Source: an uncultured Eubacteriales bacterium (GTDB lineage: Bacteria > Acidobacteriota > Aminicenantia > Aminicenantales > Aminicenantaceae). Taken from it: a DNA stretch of 64,000 nucleotides. The translations under genes were made by a program, and so were the position numbers. The stretch lies in contig CAYULB010000002.1 in assembly GCA_964445575.1 (NCBI GenBank), positions 158 to 64,157 on the forward strand. The letters are read 5' to 3'. The notes below the pieces were generated by a model. That model was given only the letters and a program-made list of their open reading frames with translations. It did no database searches and was not told the origin of the DNA. Of the stretch, positions 38,508 through 47,489 are shown one piece after another. Position 1 is the stretch's first letter; each line of letters starts with the position of its first letter.

Positions 38508-40417
38508 TTTTCCGTCTTTTTCTTTTGATGCTCTTTCAAGACCTTTTGTTTTTCTTTCCCTGTATATTTAGACACTGCACTGACTTTAGGAGGACAGACA
38601 TCCAAACAGGCTCCACATTTGATGCATACATCCTGGTCAATGAAATGCACTTCTTTCCTCTCTCCACTAATAGCATCTACAGGACAGTTCTTTTTACACA
38701 ATAAACAGCCCACACATTTTTCAGGCTCAATATAATAAACGATTAAATCTTTACAGGCCAATGCGGAACAGCTTTTCTTTTCAATGTGTTCTTTGTACTC
38801 ATCCAAAAAATACCGAAGAGTAGTTAACACAGGATTGGGAGCGGTTTGACCTAATCCACACAGAGAAGCGTTCTTAACGGTTTCTGCTAAGTTTTGGAGC
38901 TTCTTGATATCTCCCTTTTCTCCTTTTCCTTGGGTTATACGAGTCAAAATATCAACCATCTCTTTGGTTCCGATTCGGCAGGGAACACATTTTCCGCAGG
39001 ACTCCTCCTGAGTGAATTTCAAAAAGTACCTGGCTACATCCACCATGCAGGTCCCCTCATCCATGACTATCATCCCACCGGAGCCCATGATAGAGCCTGC
39101 TTTGGTCAAGGTATCAAAATCTATGGGTTGATCCAGCATATCCGCCGGAATGCACCCTCCGGAGGGCCCTCCGGTTTGAACAGCCTTGAACTTTTTTCCG
39201 TCTTTTATTCCTCCTCCGATATCATAAATGATTTCTCTTAAAGTCATTCCCATAGGCACTTCTACCAGACCGGTGTTGTTTATCTTTCCCACCAAGGAAA
39301 AAATCTTTGTTCCTTTGCTTAATTCCGTGCCTATCCGGGAGTACCAGTCCGAACCTCTATCAATGATCAACGGCACATTGGCCCAGGTTTCCACATTATT
39401 GATATTGGTAGGCTTTCCCCATAATCCCTCATCAGCTGGATAAGGGGGACGCTGCCTTGGGAAAGCACGGCGGCCCTCAATAGAAGCCATCAAAGATGTT
39501 TCTTCCCCAGAAACAAAGGCTCCTGCGCCTTTAAAGACATTTATGTCAAATTCAAAACCAGAACCAAATATGGATTTTCCCAAAAACCCGTATTCCCGAG
39601 CCTTCTTGAGAGCCAAGGTGATATTCTGAACAGCAAGGGGGTACTCCAGCCGGACATAAATATATCCCTCATTGGCACCTATGGCGTACGCTCCAATGAT
39701 CATACCTTCAATAATGCTGTGAGGGTTGCCTTCCAGTAAACTGCGGTCCATGTAAGCTCCTGGGTCTCCCTCATCAGCATTGCATATGATGTACTTTTCA
39801 GAAGACTCGGATTCCCGGCATATCTCCCATTTCTTTCCAGTGAGGAAGCCTCCGCCGCCTCTTCCCCTCAGCCCTGATTTTTTGACTTCAGAAATGATTT
39901 CCTCAGGTTCCATCTCAAATAAGGCTCGGCTCACCGCTTTGTATCCATCCAGAGCTATGTAATCCTCTATATCAGTGGGATCTATAAATCCGTTTCTTCC
40001 AAATATAATCCGTTTTTGCTTTTTATAAAATGGGACCTCTTTCTCTTTTTCGATCTCTTCCCCTGTTTGAGGCTCTTTATAGAGAAGTCTGGAAATAACT
40101 TTTTTTTCAATCGCGGTCTTTGAGATGATTTCTTTGATATCCTTGTTTTTGACTCTTTGATAAAAAATCCCCTCCGGTTGAATGACCACAATTGGACCGC
40201 GTTCACAAAATCCGTGGCACCCGGTGACTCTTATGTCAATTTTTTTTTCAAGCTTTTGCTTCCTGATCTCATCTTTAAATTCCTGTGCAATCTCCACACA
40301 GCCATAAGCATGACATCCAGTTCCACCACAGATTGTGATACAGGTTTTTTCTTTGTCTCTTGATTCAATGACCTTTGCCCTGAGCTTTTCTAATTTTTTT
40401 GGATCAGCTTTTTTCAT
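38504..40417 (-). CDS. NuoF/HydB-like NAD(H)-binding flavoprotein subunit with N-terminal thioredoxin-like 2Fe-2S and C-terminal 2x[4Fe-4S] domains
   Basis: GLRGRGGGGFLTGKKW (FMN/NADH site), SCGKCVPCR, CVGCLLCKKNCP, CIKCGACLDVCP. Start set at ATG 40417 (RBS AAGGA). ATGA overlap with the downstream gene. Confidence 0.85.
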   Translation of the reverse strand: MKKADPKKLEKLRAKVIESRDKEKTCITICGGTGCHAYGCVEIAQEFKDEIRKQKLEKKIDIRVTGCHGFCERGPIVVIQPEGIFYQRVKNKDIKEIISKTAIEKKVISRLLYKEPQTGEEIEKEKEVPFYKKQKRIIFGRNGFIDPTDIEDYIALDGYKAVSRALFEMEPEEIISEVKKSGLRGRGGGGFLTGKKWEICRESESSEKYIICNADEGDPGAYMDRSLLEGNPHSIIEGMIIGAYAIGANEGYIYVRLEYPLAVQNITLALKKAREYGFLGKSIFGSGFEFDINVFKGAGAFVSGEETSLMASIEGRRAFPRQRPPYPADEGLWGKPTNINNVETWANVPLIIDRGSDWYSRIGTELSKGTKIFSLVGKINNTGLVEVPMGMTLREIIYDIGGGIKDGKKFKAVQTGGPSGGCIPADMLDQPIDFDTLTKAGSIMGSGGMIVMDEGTCMVDVARYFLKFTQEESCGKCVPCRIGTKEMVDILTRITQGKGEKGDIKKLQNLAETVKNASLCGLGQTAPNPVLTTLRYFLDEYKEHIEKKSCSALACKDLIVYYIEPEKCVGCLLCKKNCPVDAISGERKEVHFIDQDVCIKCGACLDVCPPKVSAVSKYTGKEKQKVLKEHQKKKTEK

Positions 40418-40904
40418 TATTCCTTTTCTTCTTTTCTTCTTCCTCCATACGGTCAATTATTTTTTTCACATCCCTGGTGGTAGCATGTCCGTGATAATGA
40501 CCGTCTCCGATCACTATAGGCCCCAGTGCACAAGCTCCAACGCAGTTGACGGTCTCTAAGGTAACATATTTATCCTCAGTGGTTTGACCAGGAGAGATAT
40601 TCAGTCTGCGTGAAAATTCATCCAATACTGCGGGAGCCCCCCGAACATGGCAAGCTGTTCCCATACAAATGGTGATGGTATGCTTCCCTTTTGGTTCCAA
40701 GGTAAAGGCATTGTAAAAAGTCAAAACTCCATACACATCCCCCTCAGATATTCCCAGATATTTGGATATAACAGAAATAGCTTGAGGAGAGATAAATCCC
40801 TGGTCAGATTGGACACGGTGAAGAATATGGATGAGCTCTTTCTTATCAGGCCTAAATTCTTTTAAAATATTCTCCATCTCAAGTTGGGTTTCTTTCCTCT
40901 TCAT
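40404..40904 (-). CDS. NuoE/HydC-like thioredoxin-fold [2Fe-2S] subunit
   Basis: ICMGTACHVRG ... CVGACALGP Cys pattern, 166 aa. Overlaps the nuoF-like start. Confidence 0.85.
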   Translation of the reverse strand: MKRKETQLEMENILKEFRPDKKELIHILHRVQSDQGFISPQAISVISKYLGISEGDVYGVLTFYNAFTLEPKGKHTITICMGTACHVRGAPAVLDEFSRRLNISPGQTTEDKYVTLETVNCVGACALGPIVIGDGHYHGHATTRDVKKIIDRMEEEEKKKRNNEKS

Positions 40905-42012
40905 TAAATTCTAATTTCTGGTATGGCAGTTTAAATCTTTCAGCAATGTTCTTTTTAACCAGACTTTTCCGATACATATAAACACCACAACATAAGGCTT
41001 GATTCCTCTTTAAGGCTTCATGGAGCCCTAACTCTCCTATCTGAAGTATGTAGGGGATCACCAGATTAGAAAGCACCTTAGTTGAAGTTCTGCTGACAGA
41101 GGAAGTGATGTTGGGCACACAATAATGGATAACTCCTTCTTCTGTAAATGTGGGATGCTCCAAAGTAGTGGGACGGCTGGTCTCAATACAACCACCCTGG
41201 TCAATGGATAGGTCTATGATAACAGAGCCTTTTTTCATTCTTTTGACCATTTCCTTGGTGATCATAATGGGAGCTCTCCGTCCGGGGCGCAGTACAGCTC
41301 CTATAAGCACATCCGCGATCTCTGACATCCTCTGCAGGTTGTAATTGCTTGCCATGAGGGTCACCAGTCTCCCTTGGGTCATATCTTCCAGTTCCTTTAA
41401 TTTATCCATATAACGACCTAAAGCAATGGTATGGGCCCCTGCTCCAATCATGGCTTTGATAGCACTCCTTGCCAAGATGGTGCTTCCTACGATTACAGCT
41501 GTAGCTGGGGGAACACTGACCACCCCTCCCAGGATCACTCCCCTTCCTCCGTAACAGGACTGAAGAAAATGCCCTGAAATGACATGGCACATTTGGCCGG
41601 CTATTTCACTCAGACTACCAATAAAAGGAAGATCTCCTTCATTGTCCTCTACAATCTCATACCCTATCATAGTGACATTTTTCTTCATCAGCTCTTCGAT
41701 GATGCCCTTCTTTGCCACCGCCAGATGATGGAATCCGAAAAGGATTTGATTTTCTCTAACCAAGCCACATTCTTCTTCATTTAAAGGAGAAATATTCAGC
41801 ACTATGTCTGAACGGCCGAAAACTTCTTCTTTGGTAAAAACGATCTCAGCTCCCAATGAGACAAAGTCCTCATTTGAGTATCCTGCTTTGAGGCCAGCCC
41901 CTGCCTGCATAAACACTTTGTGCCCTTTTTCAACCAGAAAAGACACTCCGCTCGGAGAGAGTCCAGTTCTGTTTTCTATTTTCGAACTCTCATTTATAAC
42001 TCCGATGTTCAT
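40879..42012 (-). CDS. Alanine dehydrogenase / PNT-family protein with degenerate cofactor and catalytic motifs
   Basis: Close collinear resemblance to AlaDH (ENRTGLSP, GGRGVILGG, DLSIDQGGCIETSRPTT, HYCVPN). Start at ATG 42012, with GGAGGA 7 nt upstream. Confidence 0.7.
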   Translation of the reverse strand: MNIGVINESSKIENRTGLSPSGVSFLVEKGHKVFMQAGAGLKAGYSNEDFVSLGAEIVFTKEEVFGRSDIVLNISPLNEEECGLVRENQILFGFHHLAVAKKGIIEELMKKNVTMIGYEIVEDNEGDLPFIGSLSEIAGQMCHVISGHFLQSCYGGRGVILGGVVSVPPATAVIVGSTILARSAIKAMIGAGAHTIALGRYMDKLKELEDMTQGRLVTLMASNYNLQRMSEIADVLIGAVLRPGRRAPIMITKEMVKRMKKGSVIIDLSIDQGGCIETSRPTTLEHPTFTEEGVIHYCVPNITSSVSRTSTKVLSNLVIPYILQIGELGLHEALKRNQALCCGVYMYRKSLVKKNIAERFKLPYQKLEFNEEERNPT

Positions 42013-42123
42013 GAAGTCTTCCTCCATCAATAAAAAAACATCTTATCAAATAGATATTTTAAGTCAACGATTTTTATCAAACAATGCTTCCACCGTCTGA
42101 ATAAATCCATATCCTCGTTTAAA

Positions 42124-43107
42124 TCAAACCAAAAACAGAAGTGTCCAAATAAAATAAACCGCATAGAAAAAAAGAAGAACAGCTCCTTTGAATCTTCCGA
42201 ACCGGCATCCGATCCGCATGGAAGCCAGCATGATAGTCACAATCAATATCATGTAAGGGAAGGTAAACCCGATTACCTGGGGTTCTACATTTATAGGTCT
42301 TACTACCGCAGACATTCCAATGATCCACAGGATATTCAGCACATCCGCACCTAAGATGTTCCCCACTGCAATCTCTCCTTCACCTTTGAAAGCTGCTGTG
42401 ACTGCAGTTGAAATTTCAGGAAGGGAAGTCCCTAGTGCGATGACTGTAAGCCCGATTATGGTTTCTGAAATAGAGAAGTAAAGCGAGATATTAACAGCAG
42501 ACCATATAACAATTCTGCTGGTTAAAACCACTCCGATGATCCCGCCTAAAAAATAAAAGATATGTCTTCTGATCAGTTTGGCTCTGTTTTCTTCAGAAAA
42601 GAGCTTTTCTTCTTCAATGTGTTCCTCAGGGATGGGGAGAAATTCTTTCTTTCTTTTCTGCATAATGATTATGATTAAAAAATATGGAATTAAAAGCAGC
42701 AACAATATCATTCCTTCGATACGGCTTATTTCTCCATTTCTGACTAATAGATAAGCAAAAAAATCAATTGCCAGAAGAAAGGACCCCACAACTCTGAGAA
42801 CGCGGCAGTTGACAATGATAGCTGTAGAGGCCACAATTCCAGCCAGTGCCATGGCGATCCCATCATCACATATCACCGAACCCACTGCATTTCCTAAAGA
42901 GATTTCAGAGTGTCCTAGAAAAGCAGCCTGCACAGAAACCGCCAATTCCGGAGCTGTGGTAGCCAGGCCTACGAGAACAATCCCTACTATCAATTTGGGT
43001 ATTCTGAAAATACGGGACAACCCTGCAGAAGCATCAATAAAAATATCTGCACACTTGAACAGCAGTAAAAAAGATACTCCCAGTGCCCCAAAATACAGAA
43101 AAATCAT
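42124..43107 (-). CDS. Sodium/calcium exchanger family membrane protein (CaCA, YrbG-like)
   Basis: Two alpha-repeat motifs (GLATTAPELAVS, ALGTSLPEISTAV). About 10 TM helices. Confidence 0.8.
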   Translation of the reverse strand: MIFLYFGALGVSFLLLFKCADIFIDASAGLSRIFRIPKLIVGIVLVGLATTAPELAVSVQAAFLGHSEISLGNAVGSVICDDGIAMALAGIVASTAIIVNCRVLRVVGSFLLAIDFFAYLLVRNGEISRIEGMILLLLLIPYFLIIIIMQKRKKEFLPIPEEHIEEEKLFSEENRAKLIRRHIFYFLGGIIGVVLTSRIVIWSAVNISLYFSISETIIGLTVIALGTSLPEISTAVTAAFKGEGEIAVGNILGADVLNILWIIGMSAVVRPINVEPQVIGFTFPYMILIVTIMLASMRIGCRFGRFKGAVLLFFYAVYFIWTLLFLV

Positions 43108-44729
43108 CTTTGATAAACAATCCTTCCATTAAACAAAGTCATTAAAACCTGAGCGTCCTTAATATCTGAATAGTCTCTTTCAAACAAATTTTTATCCAGC
43201 ACTACCAGGTCGGCCACCTTGCCTTTTTCAATCGATCCCTTAACGCCTTCTGAAAATTCTGCATAAGCTGCATTATATGTGTAACTTAAAAGAGCCTCCT
43301 GGACAGAGATTTTTTCTTCTGGTATCCATCCTTCAGGGTGTTTCTCATCCAGAGTGCTTCGGGTCACTGCAGAAAAAATCCCTAAAAGAGGGTCCAAAGG
43401 CGCCACGGTCCAATCAGAGCCAAACGCTAATCTTACTTTATTCTTTAACAAAGACCTGAAAGGATATGATCGGCGGATTCTTGAGGGGCCGATCCTTTTT
43501 TCTGCCCATTGTCCATCATCTATCAGATGATAGGGCTGGACTGAAGCTATCAATCCCAGCTTCCCCATTCTTATGATGTCCTGGGGAATCAGGTGTTGAG
43601 CATGTTCTACCCGCCACCTTCTTTCTCTTTTTTCTCCTGACCTTATCACTTTTTCAAACAGGCTTATAATGATGTTGTTTGCTCTGTCGCCGATAGCATG
43701 GACAGCCACTTGAAGCCCCATAGCATCAGCTTTTTGGATCCTCTCTTCCATTTTTCCTTCAGGAAACATATCTGAAGCCAAAATGCCCTTATTCCCTGCA
43801 TCATCTGTGTAACTCTCAAAAAATAAAGCAGTGGAAGAACCAAGAGAACCATCCACAAATCCTTTAAGTCCTCCTATCTTTAAAAATTCTTCTCCCGTGC
43901 TCTTCTTCTCTACCCCTGATTCTAACCAATGGTCTATGAGGGAAATAGGAGGGTACAATGAGATACGCACGTCTAATTTGTTCTGTGAGGATAACTTTTT
44001 ATACAGTTCAAGATTCTCCAAGGGACCCATCTCATGTACGGAAGTGACTCCCTTTTTTTTGGCAAATTGGACCGCTTTTTCTGCTGCTCTAAGTTTTTCT
44101 GCTGGACCCGGCTCAGGAATGTGTTTCAATATCAAATCCGCAGCCCCATCCATCAATATTCCGGTAGGTTCTCCAGATTCCGGGTTCCTTATTATTTCTC
44201 CCCCCTCAAGATCAGGTGTGTTTTTGTTAATCCCTGCTATTTTCAATGCCAGGCTGTTTGCCAAAACCATGTGCATATCTTTTCTTGGTATGCAGACCGG
44301 ATTTTCAGAAGTGACACCATCAATCCATTCTTTTTCCGGAAGCTGCTGGGAATCAAATCCAAGGTGGTCCCATTCGCCGTGGGTAATCCATTTGCCTTTT
44401 CCCAGCTTCTCAGCTTCAAGTTTTATCTTTTTTACAAACTCCTCTTTACTCCTTACATCACGCAAATTAAGCGAAGAAAGACTCATCCCTCCCTCTAAAA
44501 AATGTGTATGACAGTCTATAAACCCAGGCACAACAAAAGCTCCCTCTAAGTCAATTATTTGAGTTGAGGAACCCTTAAGATATCCCACCCGGCCCCAGGA
44601 ACCGACTTCCACAATCCTTCCTTTTTTCACTGCCACTGCTTGAGCCTCTAAAAACCTTGGGTCAGCAGTCCAGAACCGTCCGTTTTTCAGGATAAGTTCT
44701 GCTTTTAACTCTGAACTTTGTTCCTTCAT
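43104..44729 (-). CDS. Amidohydrolase-family metal-dependent hydrolase (Amidohydro_3 / YtcJ-like)
   Basis: VVPGFIDCHTHF, VAVHAIGDRA, EHAQH, AFGSDW motifs in canonical order. Confidence 0.8.
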   Translation of the reverse strand: MKEQSSELKAELILKNGRFWTADPRFLEAQAVAVKKGRIVEVGSWGRVGYLKGSSTQIIDLEGAFVVPGFIDCHTHFLEGGMSLSSLNLRDVRSKEEFVKKIKLEAEKLGKGKWITHGEWDHLGFDSQQLPEKEWIDGVTSENPVCIPRKDMHMVLANSLALKIAGINKNTPDLEGGEIIRNPESGEPTGILMDGAADLILKHIPEPGPAEKLRAAEKAVQFAKKKGVTSVHEMGPLENLELYKKLSSQNKLDVRISLYPPISLIDHWLESGVEKKSTGEEFLKIGGLKGFVDGSLGSSTALFFESYTDDAGNKGILASDMFPEGKMEERIQKADAMGLQVAVHAIGDRANNIIISLFEKVIRSGEKRERRWRVEHAQHLIPQDIIRMGKLGLIASVQPYHLIDDGQWAEKRIGPSRIRRSYPFRSLLKNKVRLAFGSDWTVAPLDPLLGIFSAVTRSTLDEKHPEGWIPEEKISVQEALLSYTYNAAYAEFSEGVKGSIEKGKVADLVVLDKNLFERDYSDIKDAQVLMTLFNGRIVYQR

Positions 44730-44744
44730 TTCATCATGAAAAGT

Positions 44745-45569
44745 TTAACCATTCCCATTCAAATCTTCTTTTTTTCTACCCCACAAAGAAGAGGATAAGG
44801 TCAATCTATCCAGATCCTTAGGAATGATCAGTCGATTTTTATAATTTTCTTTAATTTCTTTTTGGATTTCATCCATAGAATAATCCAGTTCTCCAAAAAA
44901 ATGGACAGGAATCAAGCACTTCACTCCAATTTGTTTGGCAATCTTTCCTAAATCAAGAGAATGAGTGTGCATTTTGGAAAGAGAAGGATATTCCTTAAAA
45001 AAACGCGAAGGAGCACTGCAATCATGAATGAGAATATCCGGGCTTCCAATCTCTTTAAACAAAGGCAGATGCACAGGCGTATCTCCAGAATAAAAAAGGT
45101 CCATATCATTTTCCTCAAAATGAAAATAAATGCCGGATGATGATGAGGAATGAGGTATGCTGAGGCAAAGAGCCCGGACATGCGGAAGGATCTGGAAAGA
45201 TACACCCGTATCTAATCCCTTGAATTGAACCCTGCATTTGATTTTCTTATCCAAAAGACCAAAAAGGCCCAAAAGTCGTTCACAAAAAAGGACGGCCTCT
45301 TTTGATCCGTAGATGGAAACAGACATTTCTTCTAACATCAAGCTGTGGATCAAAGCAGGAAGGCCATACACATGGTCCGGATGGATATGGGTAATAAATA
45401 TTGACTCGATCTTCCGGGGGTCAAGACCGGCAAGTTTCATTTTATTGAATGCATCACCAGGACAGTCGATCAACAGGAGGGGGCCTCCTGTATCCAGAGC
45501 CAAACTAGTGTTATTCCTTTTTTTCTGAGGAATAGAGCCTCCTGTTCCTAAAAAACAAAGTGTATTCAT
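44745..45569 (-). CDS. MBL-fold metallo-hydrolase, RNase Z-like
   Basis: LGTGGSIP, LLIDCPGD, FITHIHPDHVYGLP (HxHxDH). Confidence 0.65.
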   Translation of the reverse strand: MNTLCFLGTGGSIPQKKRNNTSLALDTGGPLLLIDCPGDAFNKMKLAGLDPRKIESIFITHIHPDHVYGLPALIHSLMLEEMSVSIYGSKEAVLFCERLLGLFGLLDKKIKCRVQFKGLDTGVSFQILPHVRALCLSIPHSSSSSGIYFHFEENDMDLFYSGDTPVHLPLFKEIGSPDILIHDCSAPSRFFKEYPSLSKMHTHSLDLGKIAKQIGVKCLIPVHFFGELDYSMDEIQKEIKENYKNRLIIPKDLDRLTLSSSLWGRKKEDLNGNG

Positions 45570-45663
45570 GGAAAACTCCCTACATTCAAGATATATATAA
45601 TAGACTCAAATCTTGTCCTCTGCAAGAAAAGGATTTGAAAGCCTTCTGAGGCTTGAATATTAT

Positions 45664-45814
45664 CCTGGCATATTCACAAGTCTAGGTGGCGAGCTTAATG
45701 AAATTCAGCCACACCTGAATTTCATCTTGGTTAGGTGCTTTTTTGGAAAAATCTTGCACATCACAGGAAAAATACCAATAATAAAAACATCTCTTTTTTT
45801 GTGAATAGGTCAGA
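45664..45814 (+). repeat. Short variant copy of the intergenic repeat family (different internal hairpin)
   Basis: Ends CCTGGCATATTCAC / GTGAATAGGTCAGA match the family TIRs. The right half is collinear with 59620..59689. The core is replaced by ATGAAATTCAG-CCACAC-CTGAATTTCAT. Confidence 0.65.
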
Positions 45815-45820
45815 GAAATC

Positions 45821-46897
45821 ATGAATGCTGATAAAATAAAGGTTTCAGCTCCGGGCAGATTATGTCTGCTGGGAGAACATCAAGATTATTTCGGCCTTCC
45901 CATAATAGCAGCGGCCATAAACCTGAGAATCTCTGTCACTGCGAGTAAAACCACTAACCAGAGGATCGAACTGGACCTTCCTGATATCAGAGAAAAAGAA
46001 GAATTCCCTTTAAGAAAAAAACTGAATTACCGCAAAGAGCGGGATTACCTGAAAAGTGCTGTGAATATCCTGTTGAGAAAAAACATTTATCCTCACTCAG
46101 GTTGGAAAGCCCGGGTCAGGGGCACTATTCCCATCAATTCAGGCACAGCCAGTTCCTCTGCTCTGGTGGTAGCCTGGATCGGTTTTCTGTTGAAAGCTGC
46201 CGGAGACCAAAGAGCCTCTCGTCCTGATGAAATCGCGGAATTGGCCTTTCAGTCTGAGGTTGCGGAATTTAATGAACCTGGGGGGAAAATGGACCATTAT
46301 TCCTCAGCCTTGGGTCAGGTCATCTCCATCCACTTTGGAGAAAAACTCAAAACAAATCAATTTAAAAACCCTTTAAAAAAATTTGTACTGGCTGACTCTC
46401 TTATAAGAAAAAATACCACTGGAACCCTGGGGTTTATTAAGTCCCATGTTATGAAAGCCCTGTCAAAAATAAGAAAGAAAAACAGCAATTTTGTGCTTAA
46501 GTCTCCCTTGTCTTCTTTTCTAGAAAAAGAGATCGAAAACCTCCCGCAACCTGAAAGAAGACTTTTAAAAGGGACTCTTATGACTAGAGACATCACTGCA
46601 CAGGGAGAAGCTCTGTTTAAAGCAAGAGAATTTGATCACAAGAAATTCGGAAGGCTTCTTTCCCAGCAGCAGGAAGTGATTAAAAATTACTTGAAGCTCT
46701 CATCTCCAAAGCTCAACCACATGATTGAGGAAGCTATCCGTGCAGGAGCCCTAGGCGCCAAAATCAACGGCTCAGGAGAAGGAGGCTGCATCTTTGCTTA
46801 TACTCCAAAGAATGCAGAACAGGTAGCCAAAAAACTGGAAAAATTAGGTTGTAAAACTTATATTGTCCATGTAGACAAAGGAATAATAATCCAGTAA
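45821..46897 (+). CDS. GHMP-family sugar/acid kinase (galactokinase-like)
   Basis: APGRLCLLGEHQDYFG (galactokinase-type signature) and PINSGTASSSALVVA (GHMP motif II). Confidence 0.75.
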   Translation: MNADKIKVSAPGRLCLLGEHQDYFGLPIIAAAINLRISVTASKTTNQRIELDLPDIREKEEFPLRKKLNYRKERDYLKSAVNILLRKNIYPHSGWKARVRGTIPINSGTASSSALVVAWIGFLLKAAGDQRASRPDEIAELAFQSEVAEFNEPGGKMDHYSSALGQVISIHFGEKLKTNQFKNPLKKFVLADSLIRKNTTGTLGFIKSHVMKALSKIRKKNSNFVLKSPLSSFLEKEIENLPQPERRLLKGTLMTRDITAQGEALFKAREFDHKKFGRLLSQQQEVIKNYLKLSSPKLNHMIEEAIRAGALGAKINGSGEGGCIFAYTPKNAEQVAKKLEKLGCKTYIVHVDKGIIIQ

Positions 46898-46924
46898 AAC
46901 ATGGTTTCAAAATAGGAGAAAGGC

Positions 46925-47488
46925 ATGATCAACGCAACTCAAATCAGGAAAGGCATGGTCATAGAAATTGAGGGTGAACTCTACTTGGTTCTGGAAACCT
47001 CTCATATCACGCCAGGAAAAGGACAAGCTCTGATGCAAACAAAACTGAGAAAGCTTAAAGACCAGACTCTTCATGATCATCGATTCCGCTCCAAGGACAA
47101 GGTAGAACAAGCCTATTTAGAAGAGATAGAAATGGAATACCTTTATCGAGAAGGCAGCCATTACGTTTTTATGAACACAGAGACCTATGAGCAAATCAGG
47201 CTCTCTGAATATATCCTGGGAAATTCTGTCAATTATTTGATCCCCAATGTGGTCTTCTCTGTAGAGATGCATGAAGGGAAACCTGTGAGAGTGAACCCGC
47301 CTATGACCATTGACCTCAAAGTTACAAAAACAGAGCCTTATCTTAAGGGAGCCACTCAGACAGCCAGCAGCAAACCAGCTACCTTGGAAACAGGAATAAC
47401 AATAAACGTCCCTCAATTCATTAAAAAAGGAGATATCATCCGCATAGATACCAGGGAAGATAAGTATTTGGAGCGGGTTAAAAAATAA
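46925..47488 (+). CDS. efp: Translation elongation factor P
   Basis: 187 aa. Starts MINATQIRKGMVIEIEGELYLVLETSHITPGKGQA, with the conserved PGKG loop. Confidence 0.95.
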   Translation: MINATQIRKGMVIEIEGELYLVLETSHITPGKGQALMQTKLRKLKDQTLHDHRFRSKDKVEQAYLEEIEMEYLYREGSHYVFMNTETYEQIRLSEYILGNSVNYLIPNVVFSVEMHEGKPVRVNPPMTIDLKVTKTEPYLKGATQTASSKPATLETGITINVPQFIKKGDIIRIDTREDKYLERVKK

Positions 47489-47489
47489 G

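Noticed and set aside
43831-44511. 226-aa plus-strand ORF (and the overlapping 154-aa ORF at 44034..44498) opposite the amidohydrolase gene
   Set aside because: This is an S/P/F-rich shadow ORF. The opposite strand encodes an amidohydrolase with all canonical metal-binding motifs in order.
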